A stretch of 60,940 nt of DNA, the filler included. It is 8 parts of 8 records of this genome, joined end to end, with 100 filler letters (N's around TTAATTAATTAA, not from the genome) between each part and the next. Parts side by side here need not be neighbours in the genome. Positions count along the whole stretch, not along the records: positions 47,475 to 55,556 come from SRR31147125_82049; positions 55,657 to 60,940 come from SRR31147125_82079; 6 more parts are not named here. One strand, 5' to 3'. A program made the position numbers and the translations under genes. Shown in pieces: positions 52,187 through 60,940 of this stretch (position 1 is its first letter; each line of letters opens with the position of its first letter). The notes under the pieces were generated by a model. The model did no database searches. It saw only the letters and a list, made by a program, of their open reading frames with translations, and was not told the DNA's origin.

Positions 52187-53668
52187 ATGAAATTGAGTGA
52201 GTTGATAAAAAATATAGATACAATAGATGTGATTGGAAATCTTGATGTAGAGGTTTCTGATATTGCATATCATGCTGGAAAAGTCGTTAAAAACGGCTGT
52301 TTTATAGCTATTGTGGGAAATGTTGTTGATGGTCACGACTATGTCGATATGGCAATCGAAAATGGTGCAAGCGTTGTTGTGAGTTCTAAGAGAATTGTTA
52401 CAGAAAAGACTGTTACCAATATAATAGTTGAAAATGAAAGAAAGGCGCTGGCTCTTCTCTCCTCAGCTTTCTTTAACGAACCTTCCAAAAAAGTCAATCT
52501 GATTGGTATTACCGGTACGAACGGTAAAACAACAATAACTTATCTTTTAGAGTCAATTTGGAAAGTTTGTGGAAAAACTCCAGGTGTTATTGGCACTGTG
52601 AATTATAGATACGGGAGTGTTCTTACCAATCCAGAACATACAACCCCAGAATCGTATGACCTTCAGCATATCTTGAGTGATATGGTCGAGAATAATGTAG
52701 ATTCAGTTGCAATGGAGGTTTCGTCACATTCGCTAGCGCAGGATAGAGTAGCTGGATGTCACTTTGATGGAGCAGTCTTTACGAATCTAACTCAAGATCA
52801 CCTCGATTATCATCTTGATATGGAAAGATATATGGCCGCAAAGGCTTTGCTTTTCAAAAAGTATCTCCCAGAAAGCGAAAAGGGCGAAGGTTGGTCAGTT
52901 GTTAATATCGATGATGAGTTTGGTCGTGATCTAGCAAAAGAGCTTTCATGTAAAGTATATGCCTACTCAACTAAAAAGGAAGTAGACGTCTATATAAAAG
53001 AAGTTGAATATTCCTTAAACGGAATGCATCTAAAAGTGGTTGTTGAAGGAAAAGAAGTTTCCATGAAGAGCAGTCTTATTGGAAAGCATAATGCTTCAAA
53101 TATTTTAGGTGCAATTGCGGCGGCTCATGCCTCAGGTGTTTCGCTTGATAAAATAGCTGAAGGAATTGAATCTTTGGAGGCCGTTCCCGGTCGTCTTGAG
53201 CCTGTAAAAAATTCAAAAGGTTTCAATGTTTTAGTCGACTATGCTCATACTCCAGATGCTTTGAAGAATGTGACAACAGCTTTGAAGGCTTTGAAACCAG
53301 AGCGTCTGATTACTGTTTTTGGTTGTGGTGGAGATAGGGATAAAACCAAAAGACCTCTTATGGGCTATGAAACAGCTATGAATAGCGATCTTCTCTTTAT
53401 TACTTCAGATAATCCAAGAACAGAAAATCCCAGGAAGATTGTGGATGAAGTTGTGACTGGAGTAATGAGAGTCGGTTTAGAAGAAGGTTCAGGTTATTTT
53501 GTTGAAGTTGATCGTAAAAAAGCAATTGAAGCGGCAATAAAAACAGCAGGCAAAAAGGATGTTGTTTTAATCGCAGGTAAGGGACACGAAGATTATCAGA
53601 TTATAGGGAAAGAAAAGTATGATTTTGATGATGCGAAAGTTGCATCAGAGGTCATTGAATCGATTTGA
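52187..53668 (+). CDS. murE: UDP-MurNAc-tripeptide synthetase (meso-DAP type)
   Basis: GITGTNGKTT, MEVSSH, DYAHTPD, DNPR, GKGHE. Confidence 0.96.
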   Translation: MKLSELIKNIDTIDVIGNLDVEVSDIAYHAGKVVKNGCFIAIVGNVVDGHDYVDMAIENGASVVVSSKRIVTEKTVTNIIVENERKALALLSSAFFNEPSKKVNLIGITGTNGKTTITYLLESIWKVCGKTPGVIGTVNYRYGSVLTNPEHTTPESYDLQHILSDMVENNVDSVAMEVSSHSLAQDRVAGCHFDGAVFTNLTQDHLDYHLDMERYMAAKALLFKKYLPESEKGEGWSVVNIDDEFGRDLAKELSCKVYAYSTKKEVDVYIKEVEYSLNGMHLKVVVEGKEVSMKSSLIGKHNASNILGAIAAAHASGVSLDKIAEGIESLEAVPGRLEPVKNSKGFNVLVDYAHTPDALKNVTTALKALKPERLITVFGCGGDRDKTKRPLMGYETAMNSDLLFITSDNPRTENPRKIVDEVVTGVMRVGLEEGSGYFVEVDRKKAIEAAIKTAGKKDVVLIAGKGHEDYQIIGKEKYDFDDAKVASEVIESI

Positions 53669-53680
53669 TTGGATAAGAAA

Positions 53681-55069
53681 ATGAAATTTAATATAAATGA
53701 TATTGAAAGAGTGACAAAAGGCAGACTTCTTCAAAAAGGTTCGTCTGAAGAGGTTTTGAATGTTGTTATCGATAGCAGAGAGCTTGAAAAAGGTGAATGT
53801 TTCTTGGCTCTTCGTGGTCCTCACTTTGACGGTACAGATTTTATAGATCAAGCTGTCAGTAGAGGCGCCTCTGCCGTTATTGCAAATTGTGAGATAGATC
53901 TCCCTGAGAAAATTTCCTTAATAGTTGTTGATGATCCGGTTGAAGCCTTAGGAGCTGTTGCATCTTTGTGGAGAGAAAATTTTAACGTTCCTTGTGTTGG
54001 TATAACCGGAAGTAATGGAAAATCGACTACAAAACAGATGGTAACGGGTGCGATTGGTTCGTTGGGCCCAATACTCCGAACCGAAGGTAACTATAATAAT
54101 TTGATAGGTCTTCCTCTCACTGTTTTGAGATGGAATGAAGATCATGCCGCAGCCGTTCTTGAGATGGGGATGAATGCACCTGGTGAGATTGCTGCGCTAA
54201 CCAAAATTGCCAGACCTCATGTTGGTGTGATTACCAATGTAAGTTCGGCCCACTTAGAGTTTTTACATAATATAGATAACGTAGCAAAGGCCAAGGGTGA
54301 GCTTTTTGAAAATATGAGAAGTGATGGGACAATTATTGTAAATCTCGAAGATCCTAGGGTTGTTAAGCTTGCGTCTGGTTATGCCGGTCAGAAATATACG
54401 TTCGGAATGCAAAATGGTGCAGATGTTCAGTTTGGAAGATTGGAATCTAGAGATCTTGAATCGATTGATATGACCATATACGTCGAAGGTAAAGAATATC
54501 CAGTTCACCTTCCAGTTCCCGGCACACATAATGTCATGAATGTAATGGCTGCAGTTTCTGTTGCGAGAGTTTTAGGTGTGGATGCTGAGACTGCCATCAA
54601 AGGTGTTGAATCTTTTGAGCCGATGTCGATGAGAATGGAGAGAGTTGTTCTCGCAAATGGCATTCAGCTTGTTAACGATTGTTATAATGCAAACCCACAC
54701 TCAGTAAAAGAAGCGTTGAGAACAGTCTCTGGTGCAAAAAAGGCAGGGCGTTTCATCGCAGTTTTGGGCGACATGTTGGAGCTTGGCGAAACAGCACACG
54801 ATTGTCACAAAGAGGTTGGTTTAGCTGCTGCCGAACATAATGCAGACATGCTTTATATTTTTGGAGATCATGCAAAGTCTGTTGAAGAGGGTGCTTTGGA
54901 AGGTGGTCTGCATGGTTCAAAGGTTATCGTTGAGCCGGATATGGATGAGTTGAAAGAGAAGGTTTTAGCATATGTAAATACGGGCGACATTATTTTGATA
55001 AAGGGATCGCGTGGAATGCAGATGGAGAGAGTTGTGGATTATTTAAAAGACGAGATAGGAGTCGAGTAG
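53681..55069 (+). CDS. murF: UDP-MurNAc-pentapeptide synthetase
   Basis: IDSR, GITGSNGKSTTK, LEMGM, NDCYNANP, LGDMLELG, KGSRG; TTG start at 53669 also possible. Confidence 0.96.
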   Translation: MKFNINDIERVTKGRLLQKGSSEEVLNVVIDSRELEKGECFLALRGPHFDGTDFIDQAVSRGASAVIANCEIDLPEKISLIVVDDPVEALGAVASLWRENFNVPCVGITGSNGKSTTKQMVTGAIGSLGPILRTEGNYNNLIGLPLTVLRWNEDHAAAVLEMGMNAPGEIAALTKIARPHVGVITNVSSAHLEFLHNIDNVAKAKGELFENMRSDGTIIVNLEDPRVVKLASGYAGQKYTFGMQNGADVQFGRLESRDLESIDMTIYVEGKEYPVHLPVPGTHNVMNVMAAVSVARVLGVDAETAIKGVESFEPMSMRMERVVLANGIQLVNDCYNANPHSVKEALRTVSGAKKAGRFIAVLGDMLELGETAHDCHKEVGLAAAEHNADMLYIFGDHAKSVEEGALEGGLHGSKVIVEPDMDELKEKVLAYVNTGDIILIKGSRGMQMERVVDYLKDEIGVE

Positions 55070-55556
55070 ATGTTATATCATTTCCTATATCCGTTACATG
55101 ACCAATATATAGGGTTTGGTGTATTTAAATACATCACCTTTAGGGCTTTCTTTGCGATTTTTACGGCAATGATCGTCTATTTTGCTTTCGGAAAATTATT
55201 GATAAAAATTTTGGAGAAGAAACAGTTCTGGCAGGCAATCAGAGATGATGGTCCTGTTGAGCACCTAAACAAAGGAACCACTCCAACCATGGGTGGGACA
55301 CTCCTTTGGATTGGTATTTTGATTTCGACAGTTCTTTGGGCCAGATGGGATAATCCATATATTCCTCTAGTTTGTGGAGTTTCAATTGCGTACGGTTTGA
55401 TTGGTTTCTTTGATGATTATAAAAAGGTTATCTTGCGTGACGCCCATGGGCTTAGAGCCAGATATAAATTTCCTCTTCAGGTTCTAGTTGGCGTTATAGC
55501 AATGTTGATTCTTTTTGATGGAATCGGTTTTGATACAAGATTGTCGGTTCCTTTTT
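55070..55556 (+). CDS. mraY: Phospho-MurNAc-pentapeptide transferase, 3'-truncated
   Basis: YITFR, IRDDGP..H, TPTMGG, GFFDDY.K. Confidence 0.95.
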
Positions 55557-55656
55557 NNNNNNNNNNNNNNNNNNNNNNNNNNNNNNNNNNNNNNNNNNNN
55601 TTAATTAATTAANNNNNNNNNNNNNNNNNNNNNNNNNNNNNNNNNNNNNNNNNNNN
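55557..55656. other. Artificial contig spacer
   Basis: N run + TTAATTAATTAA + N run. Confidence 0.98.
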
Positions 55657-55696
55657 ATCAAGAGCTGAAGCTTTGGCTTTAATAAATATGAGGTAG
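55657..55696 (+). CDS. folE: Probable C-terminus of GTP cyclohydrolase I
   Basis: SRAEALALINMR* resembles the FolE C-terminal helix; immediately upstream of folP. Confidence 0.5.
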
Positions 55697-55703
55697 AGAT
55701 TGA

Positions 55704-56528
55704 ATGATTACTTTAAAAGCGAGAGAGAAAACATTAAATCTAGGTGGTAGAACGCAGTTAATGGGTATTTTGAATGTGACACCGGATTCATTTTCAGATG
55801 GTGGTAGGCACAATGATATTGAGTCTGCTATTCGTCATGCAAAAGCTATGATTTTAGATGGTGCAGATATTATTGATGTCGGTGGTGAATCAACAAGACC
55901 AGGGGCTGGAGAAGTCAGTGAAAAAGAAGAACTCATAAGAGTTATACCAGTTATAGAACAATTAAAAAAGGAAACAGGTGCACTTATTTCCATAGATACT
56001 TATAAAGCAAGGGTTGCCGAAGCGGCAATGGAAGCGGGGGCACATATTATTAATGACGTCTGGGGGCTTCAAAAGGAACCTGATATTGCAAAGGTTGCAG
56101 CGCATTATGATGTGCCTGTAATTGCCATGCATAATCAAATTGGTACTGAATACGATGTAGATATTCTTGAAGCCATGAAAAGTTTCTTTGATAAGACCAT
56201 TGAGATTGCCCTTCAAGCGGGCGTTAAAGAAAAAAATATCATTCTAGATCCAGGTATTGGTTTCGGTAAGACTGCCCAACAAAATATTCATGTCATGAGT
56301 AGATTGAAGGAAATTAGAGACTTTGGATATCCAGTTTTACTTGGGACATCTAGAAAATCGATGATCGGCTATATTTTGGATTTACCTTCTGACGAAAGAG
56401 TAGAAGGGACACTTGCAACAACTGTGCTTGGTATACAAGCTGGGTGTGAAATTGTAAGAGTCCACGATGTGAAAGAAAACTTAAGAACAATTATGGTAAC
56501 AGATGCCATTTTAAAGGGGATCTATTAA
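55704..56528 (+). CDS. folP: Dihydropteroate synthase
   Basis: MGILNVTPDSFSDGG, GGESTRPG, DPGIGFGK, SRKS, RVHDV. Confidence 0.97.
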   Translation: MITLKAREKTLNLGGRTQLMGILNVTPDSFSDGGRHNDIESAIRHAKAMILDGADIIDVGGESTRPGAGEVSEKEELIRVIPVIEQLKKETGALISIDTYKARVAEAAMEAGAHIINDVWGLQKEPDIAKVAAHYDVPVIAMHNQIGTEYDVDILEAMKSFFDKTIEIALQAGVKEKNIILDPGIGFGKTAQQNIHVMSRLKEIRDFGYPVLLGTSRKSMIGYILDLPSDERVEGTLATTVLGIQAGCEIVRVHDVKENLRTIMVTDAILKGIY

Positions 56529-56887
56529 TGGGTAAAATAAAGATGATGAACATGGCGTTTTTCGGATTCCATGGTGTTATGACTGAAGAAAAGACATTGG
56601 GACAAAAGTTCTTTGTTGATTGTATCTTAACACTGGACCTGGACAAAGCAGGTCAAACAGATGACGTCAATGAAACTGTGAGCTATGCAGATGTCTATGA
56701 AACAATTAAAGAAATTTTAGAAGGGCCGTCACTGGACTTAATAGAAGCAGTTGCAAAACAGATGGTGGATCAAATTCTTTTAAAATATCCAAAAGTACAA
56801 GAGGTATCTGTGGAAGTGAAAAAACCTGAGGCGCCTGTAAGAGGGCAGTTTGATTATTTCTCAGTGTGCATGGACGGTAAGCGATGA
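56528..56887 (+). CDS. folB: Dihydroneopterin aldolase
   Basis: GFHGV..EE..LGQ.F, TVSYA, LIE, KPEAP. Confidence 0.95.
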   Translation: MGKIKMMNMAFFGFHGVMTEEKTLGQKFFVDCILTLDLDKAGQTDDVNETVSYADVYETIKEILEGPSLDLIEAVAKQMVDQILLKYPKVQEVSVEVKKPEAPVRGQFDYFSVCMDGKR

Positions 56888-57366
56888 AAAAGGTATTTTT
56901 AAGTCTTGGAAGTAATATTGGAGACAAGAGAGCTTACCTAGACGATGCTGTAAAAATCCTATCAGACCATGAGGCTGTTTGTAACGTAAAAAAGTCTTCT
57001 TATTATGAAACAGCTCCAGTGGGGTATTTAGATCAAGATGTCTTTATGAATATCTGTGTTTCTTTAGAAACAGATTTAAGCCCTTATGTGTTGCTTGCCC
57101 TATGTCAGGATATTGAAGAGACATTGAAGCGCGTAAGAATTGTCAGGTGGGGCCCTAGGACCATAGATGTTGACATATTACTTTATGATGATATGATATC
57201 TACGGACGAAAAGTTAACCCTTCCTCATCCAAGGATGCTTGAGAGGGGATTTGTATTGGTGCCTCTTAAGGAACTCGAACCAAGCCTTGTGATACAAGGT
57301 AAAGGTATTGACGCTTATTTGGCCATCGTAGATCAGACTGGAATTGTGAGAAAAAATGACAGATAA
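56884..57366 (+). CDS. folK: HPPK (6-hydroxymethyl-dihydropterin pyrophosphokinase)
   Basis: LSLGSNIG, YET.P, RWGPRTIDVDIL, LPHPRM.ER.FVL. Confidence 0.96.
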   Translation: MKKVFLSLGSNIGDKRAYLDDAVKILSDHEAVCNVKKSSYYETAPVGYLDQDVFMNICVSLETDLSPYVLLALCQDIEETLKRVRIVRWGPRTIDVDILLYDDMISTDEKLTLPHPRMLERGFVLVPLKELEPSLVIQGKGIDAYLAIVDQTGIVRKNDR

Positions 57367-58128
57367 AAGAATTTTAAACGGCAAGAAAAAACTGTAAAAG
57401 TTAAAGAGCTTACATTTGGTGAGACACCCATTATGATTGCAGGACCGTGTTCTGTTGAATCGAGAGAGCAGATCGTGAGAATGGCTCACATTGTAAAAAA
57501 TTTAGGAGCACAGGTTTTACGTGGTGGTGTCTTCAAACCTAGGACGAGTCCTTATGCATTTCAGGGATTGGGCGAAGAAGGTATTAAATACATGCGGGAA
57601 GCATGTGATGCCACAGGACTCTTGATGATTACAGAATTGATGGATGAACATAATTTAGACTTAGTGCTTAAGTACACGGATATTGTTCAAATTGGCTCTA
57701 GAAATATGTACAATTATTCTCTTTTAAAGATTATTGGAAAGACAAAGCGACCAGTATTACTAAAAAGAGGCATGAGTGCTACTATTAAAGAATGGATAAT
57801 GGCTGCAGAATATATTGCTGCAGAAGGCAATGAAAATATCATTCTTTGTGAAAGAGGTATTAGAACCTTTGATACTTACACTAGAAATACCTTGGATTTA
57901 ACAGCTGTACCAATCATGCAGCTTGAAACAGGATTGCCTATAATTGTAGATCCAAGCCATGGGACAGGAAAAAGACATTTAGTGGAACCCATGTCTAGGG
58001 CCGCGATGGCTTTAGGGGCAGACGGTCTTATGATTGAAGTTCACGAAGAACCTGAAAAAGCCCTGAGTGATGGTGAACAATCTTTATCACCTGATGAGTT
58101 TGCAGCGCTTATGAAAAACATATTTTAG
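57356..58128 (+). CDS. aroF: DAHP synthase type I-beta, catalytic barrel only (frameshift in A-run within the first ~12 codons)
   Basis: [47 protein letters not shown] 57356 overlaps the folK end. Confidence 0.9.
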
Positions 58129-58135
58129 CAAAGGG

Positions 58136-58171
58136 AAACCCACTATTGATTTCAATAGTGGGTTTATTTTT
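58136..58171. terminator. Bidirectional terminator between convergent aroF and MCP genes
   Basis: AAACCCACTATTGA-TT-TCAATAGTGGGTTT perfect 14-bp inverted repeat followed by ATTTTTT. Confidence 0.85.
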
Positions 58172-60180
58172 TACAATTTAAAGATACTGATTGAGTCTAA
58201 TAAATTGTGTAATTCTTCTTGATTTTCATGCATTTTTTCACTGACTACATCTAGATTTTCAGTCTGATTAATTGTCGAAGCACTGATTTCTTCTGATCCT
58301 GCAGCAGTTTGCTCAGAGACGCCTGAGATATTCTCAATCTCAACAAGTACTTCGTCTTTCACGGTGTTCACATTGTCAAAATCTGACTCTAGATTGTCTA
58401 CATAAGTCATAACCGTTTCTAAGTCATTGTTGATCTCACCAAATATTTCTTGTGTTTCTTCAACCGAGTCATTAACTTGATCAACTGCTTCCTTAGTACC
58501 ATCTATTGTTCTATTGGTATGATTTACTAAGTCAACAATTTCAGAAATAATTGTGTTGATTTCATCTGATGATCTTGAAGATTGTTCTGCTAGTTTTCGA
58601 ATTTCTTCGGCTACAACAGCGAAACCACGGCCCTGCTCTCCTGCACGAGCCGCTTCTATAGCAGCATTTAAAGCAAGGAGGTTGGTTTGCTCTGCAATGT
58701 TTTGAATCGTAACGATGATGTCACTAATTGTTGATGACTTTTGAGCCAACTCTGCAACACTGACATTGACGCTGTTATTGGCTTCAATGTTATTGTCAAA
58801 GTTGTCTTTAAGTCGTTTCAAAGTGGCATCGCTTTTATCGCTATTCTTTCTAACTTTTTCCATGAGATCAATTGTTTTATCTAAGTTACCTGATGCCGTA
58901 TCAATCCTGTTAGATAACACATTCATGGAGTTGACAGACTCACTGCTTGACTGCGCTTGAGAAGTTGCCCCAATAGCAATTTCCTCAATGGATTTATTGA
59001 TGTCATTGTTACTAATGGTAACCATTTCAAGGATGCCTTGGACTTCATCTGTTGATTTAGAAATGGATTCTGATAAACCTTTTGTCTGTTTGAGTAGACT
59101 TTGAATATCTCCAAGCATCTTGTTGAAACTATCTGATAATATACCAAATTCATCTTTTGTAGTTATGGTCATACGGGCATTTAAATCCCCATCACCAGCT
59201 TGACTCATTTTATCTTGTAATAATGCAATTGGTTTAAAGAGTCTCGTGGTAACGATAAAAATGATGATGATAACAACTAATAAGGATAAACCAAGAAGGA
59301 TAGAGACAGCGAGTACAATCCCGTTTAATTCGTCTATATAATCCGCTTCAGGCATGGTAGCAACAATGATTTTATCGTCAACTGTTCTGAAGGTCGCATG
59401 GATTTTATTGCCATTGTAATCATAGGTAAAGCGACCATTTTCCTCTTCAAGTAGGGGGGCAAGGACTGGAATAGTCGCAATATCAAGCCCCACATTATCA
59501 GGGTTCTTATGGTAAAGTGTTATTCCGTCTAAACCAATGATGTAAGCGTAACCACTTTTACCAACCTTCAAGCCTTCAATAAGGGGTTGTAGGCCAATGG
59601 TTTCTTCAAGGTCAGTGATGTAACTTGGTGCTAAACCAACTTGTACGATACCTGGTTCGTCAAGTCTTGAAACGCCAATATACTGAAAGAGGACGCTATC
59701 TGTCGCTCTTAAAGAGGGCTTTTGAGCCAAGCGACCATTACTTTGACCGATTAGATCTAAAAAGGGTTTGGTCTGGTCAGAAGTATTGAAATCAAAGCCA
59801 AAGAAGCCTTCAATATTACCGTATTCAAGAACACCATCTTTGTTCATAACATGAATTTCATCTACACCAATACTTTCAGCTAAAGCAATCATATTCTTTG
59901 TTTCAAGCATTTCTGGGTTCGCCTTTATTATTTCTGCGACTGATTCTGCCAAATCAAGATTTTTTTCATCGAGCGCCATTAAAAAAGTTTCCCGTATATC
60001 TTGTCTTGTATGGATGTTCTCTATGAGGTTATCAATCTGACTGTCCATTTGTGCACCAATCAAGTTTAATACCAGGGTGTCTCTTACTTGATTTTGTATC
60101 AAGACACCTAGGGCGAGATTGGCTATCAATAATATGGCTATTATTGGTAGGAGTAATTTACTTTTTAATTTCATATGCAC
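58171..60180 (-). CDS. Methyl-accepting chemotaxis protein (TM, Cache-like sensor, TM, HAMP, signalling domain)
   Basis: [47 protein letters not shown]...YH; DEFG.L..SFN.M. Start 60174 or 60180. Confidence 0.95.
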   Translation of the reverse strand: MHMKLKSKLLLPIIAILLIANLALGVLIQNQVRDTLVLNLIGAQMDSQIDNLIENIHTRQDIRETFLMALDEKNLDLAESVAEIIKANPEMLETKNMIALAESIGVDEIHVMNKDGVLEYGNIEGFFGFDFNTSDQTKPFLDLIGQSNGRLAQKPSLRATDSVLFQYIGVSRLDEPGIVQVGLAPSYITDLEETIGLQPLIEGLKVGKSGYAYIIGLDGITLYHKNPDNVGLDIATIPVLAPLLEEENGRFTYDYNGNKIHATFRTVDDKIIVATMPEADYIDELNGIVLAVSILLGLSLLVVIIIIFIVTTRLFKPIALLQDKMSQAGDGDLNARMTITTKDEFGILSDSFNKMLGDIQSLLKQTKGLSESISKSTDEVQGILEMVTISNNDINKSIEEIAIGATSQAQSSSESVNSMNVLSNRIDTASGNLDKTIDLMEKVRKNSDKSDATLKRLKDNFDNNIEANNSVNVSVAELAQKSSTISDIIVTIQNIAEQTNLLALNAAIEAARAGEQGRGFAVVAEEIRKLAEQSSRSSDEINTIISEIVDLVNHTNRTIDGTKEAVDQVNDSVEETQEIFGEINNDLETVMTYVDNLESDFDNVNTVKDEVLVEIENISGVSEQTAAGSEEISASTINQTENLDVVSEKMHENQEELHNLLDSISIFKL

Positions 60181-60306
60181 CTATCTTTCTTATCACAACA
60201 ACATAACTTTGATCTACTAGTCCATTATATACCCCGTTTCAATTCAAATGAACATATATGATAGTAATTCTCAGAAAAGAATAGATTCAAATTAAAAATA
60301 CACATT

Positions 60307-60334
60307 AAAAAAGACCCATTCAAATGAATGGGTC
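60307..60334 (-). terminator. Intrinsic terminator after hflC
   Basis: GACCCATTCA-AA-TGAATGGGTC with A6 on the left (U-tract on the minus strand). Confidence 0.8.
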
Positions 60335-60342
60335 CTTAGTCT

Positions 60343-60940
60343 CTATTGACCTGCAGTTATGTCAGAGAAGAATTTTAAATAATCGTTATTTCTGTCTAAG
60401 AAGATAACTGTATCGGCATCGATTGTCTCTTCATAAGACTTAAGTGTTCTCCAAAACTCGTAGAATTCAGGATCTCTGTTGAATCCATCAGCGTAAACTT
60501 CAAGTGCTGTTGCATCTGCTTCACCTTTGATTGTTTCTGCTTGTTCAATGGCATCAGCTTTGATTTGAGCAACTTCTCTGTCTGTATCAGCAACAGTATT
60601 ATTGTAAATCTCTAAACCTTCAGAACGCTTTTGCTGAGCAATCGCGCCTCTTTCTGCAATCATCTTAGCGTAAGTTGAATCGATGTTAGATGGTGGCAAG
60701 ATGGTTCTGTAAACTTCAATATCTCTAATTGCAATACCTTTTGCTGCAAGGTTGTCGTTTAATTCTACAATGGCATCTTCAAGAACGATATTAAGAGCTT
60801 CTTTGTCTGTTAAGAATTCTTGAGATGAAAGTGTATTGATTTTTTCAATTACAACAGCGTATGCAACTTCATCAATGATTCTGTTGGCATTTGTCACTGT
60901 TCTAAGGGAAGCATCGTATAGGCCAGGGTGTGTTATTTCC
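60343..60940 (-). CDS. hflC: HflC-like SPFH protein, 5' part outside the window
   Basis: MIAER..IA...RSEG, GEADA, DPEFYEFWRTLKSYE; frame open to the window edge. Confidence 0.88.
   Translation of the reverse strand, partial: EITHPGLYDASLRTVTNANRIIDEVAYAVVIEKINTLSSQEFLTDKEALNIVLEDAIVELNDNLAAKGIAIRDIEVYRTILPPSNIDSTYAKMIAERGAIAQQKRSEGLEIYNNTVADTDREVAQIKADAIEQAETIKGEADATALEVYADGFNRDPEFYEFWRTLKSYEETIDADTVIFLDRNNDYLKFFSDITAGQ

Noticed and set aside
9636-55656. Seven regularly structured N-TTAATTAATTAA-N blocks that resemble a repeat array
   Set aside because: Identical 100-nt artificial contig joiners with six-frame stops; not biological.
1-60940. CRISPR arrays, tRNA/rRNA genes, stop-codon recoding (Sec/Pyl), defence or phage genes
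   Set aside because: None seen by eye; every gene break I examined resolves by a frameshift rather than read-through.

Overview
The window is not one locus. It is eight unrelated contig fragments joined by seven 100-nt artificial spacers (N44-TTAATTAATTAA-N44), so gene neighbourhoods are only meaningful within a fragment. Taxonomic labels below are inferences from gene content and style. (1) 1-9635, Desulfobacterales-like: DUF4388/PATAN protein, CoxE-type VWA protein, small siroheme sulfite/nitrite reductase, a minus-strand trio (atypical TrpD-like phosphoribosyltransferase, ~71-aa hypothetical, Zn-dehydrogenase::CobT fusion), HMG-CoA lyase-like enzyme and AEC transporter. (2) 9736-15932: cobamide nucleotide-loop operon cobC-cobU-cobT-cobS-cobD::cobQ-cbiB. 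(3) 16033-21530, Clostridia-like: C1 cluster metF-fhs-fchA-folD, methyl-THF:corrinoid methyltransferase and corrinoid protein. (4) 21631-27529: surface-polysaccharide cluster with Wzx-like flippase, CDP-glucose-derived sugar pathway and kinase-like genes. (5) 27630-38784, spirochaete-like: fapA, two hypotheticals, a CheA-like kinase and a V/A-ATPase operon. (6) 38885-47374, Bacteroidota: SusC/SusD and two sulfatases. (7) 47475-55556: dcw cluster mraZ to mraY. (8) 55657-60940, Firmicutes-like: folE end, folP-folB-folK, DAHP synthase, MCP and hflC. About 17 single-base indels, nearly all in homopolymer runs, split genes; they look like sequencing errors rather than biology. The best candidate for an undescribed system is the fragment 1 trio. 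A TrpD-fold enzyme that appears to lack the anthranilate-binding residues sits co-oriented with a Zn-dehydrogenase fused to CobT, suggesting an uncharacterised branch of cobamide lower-ligand or nucleotide-loop metabolism.
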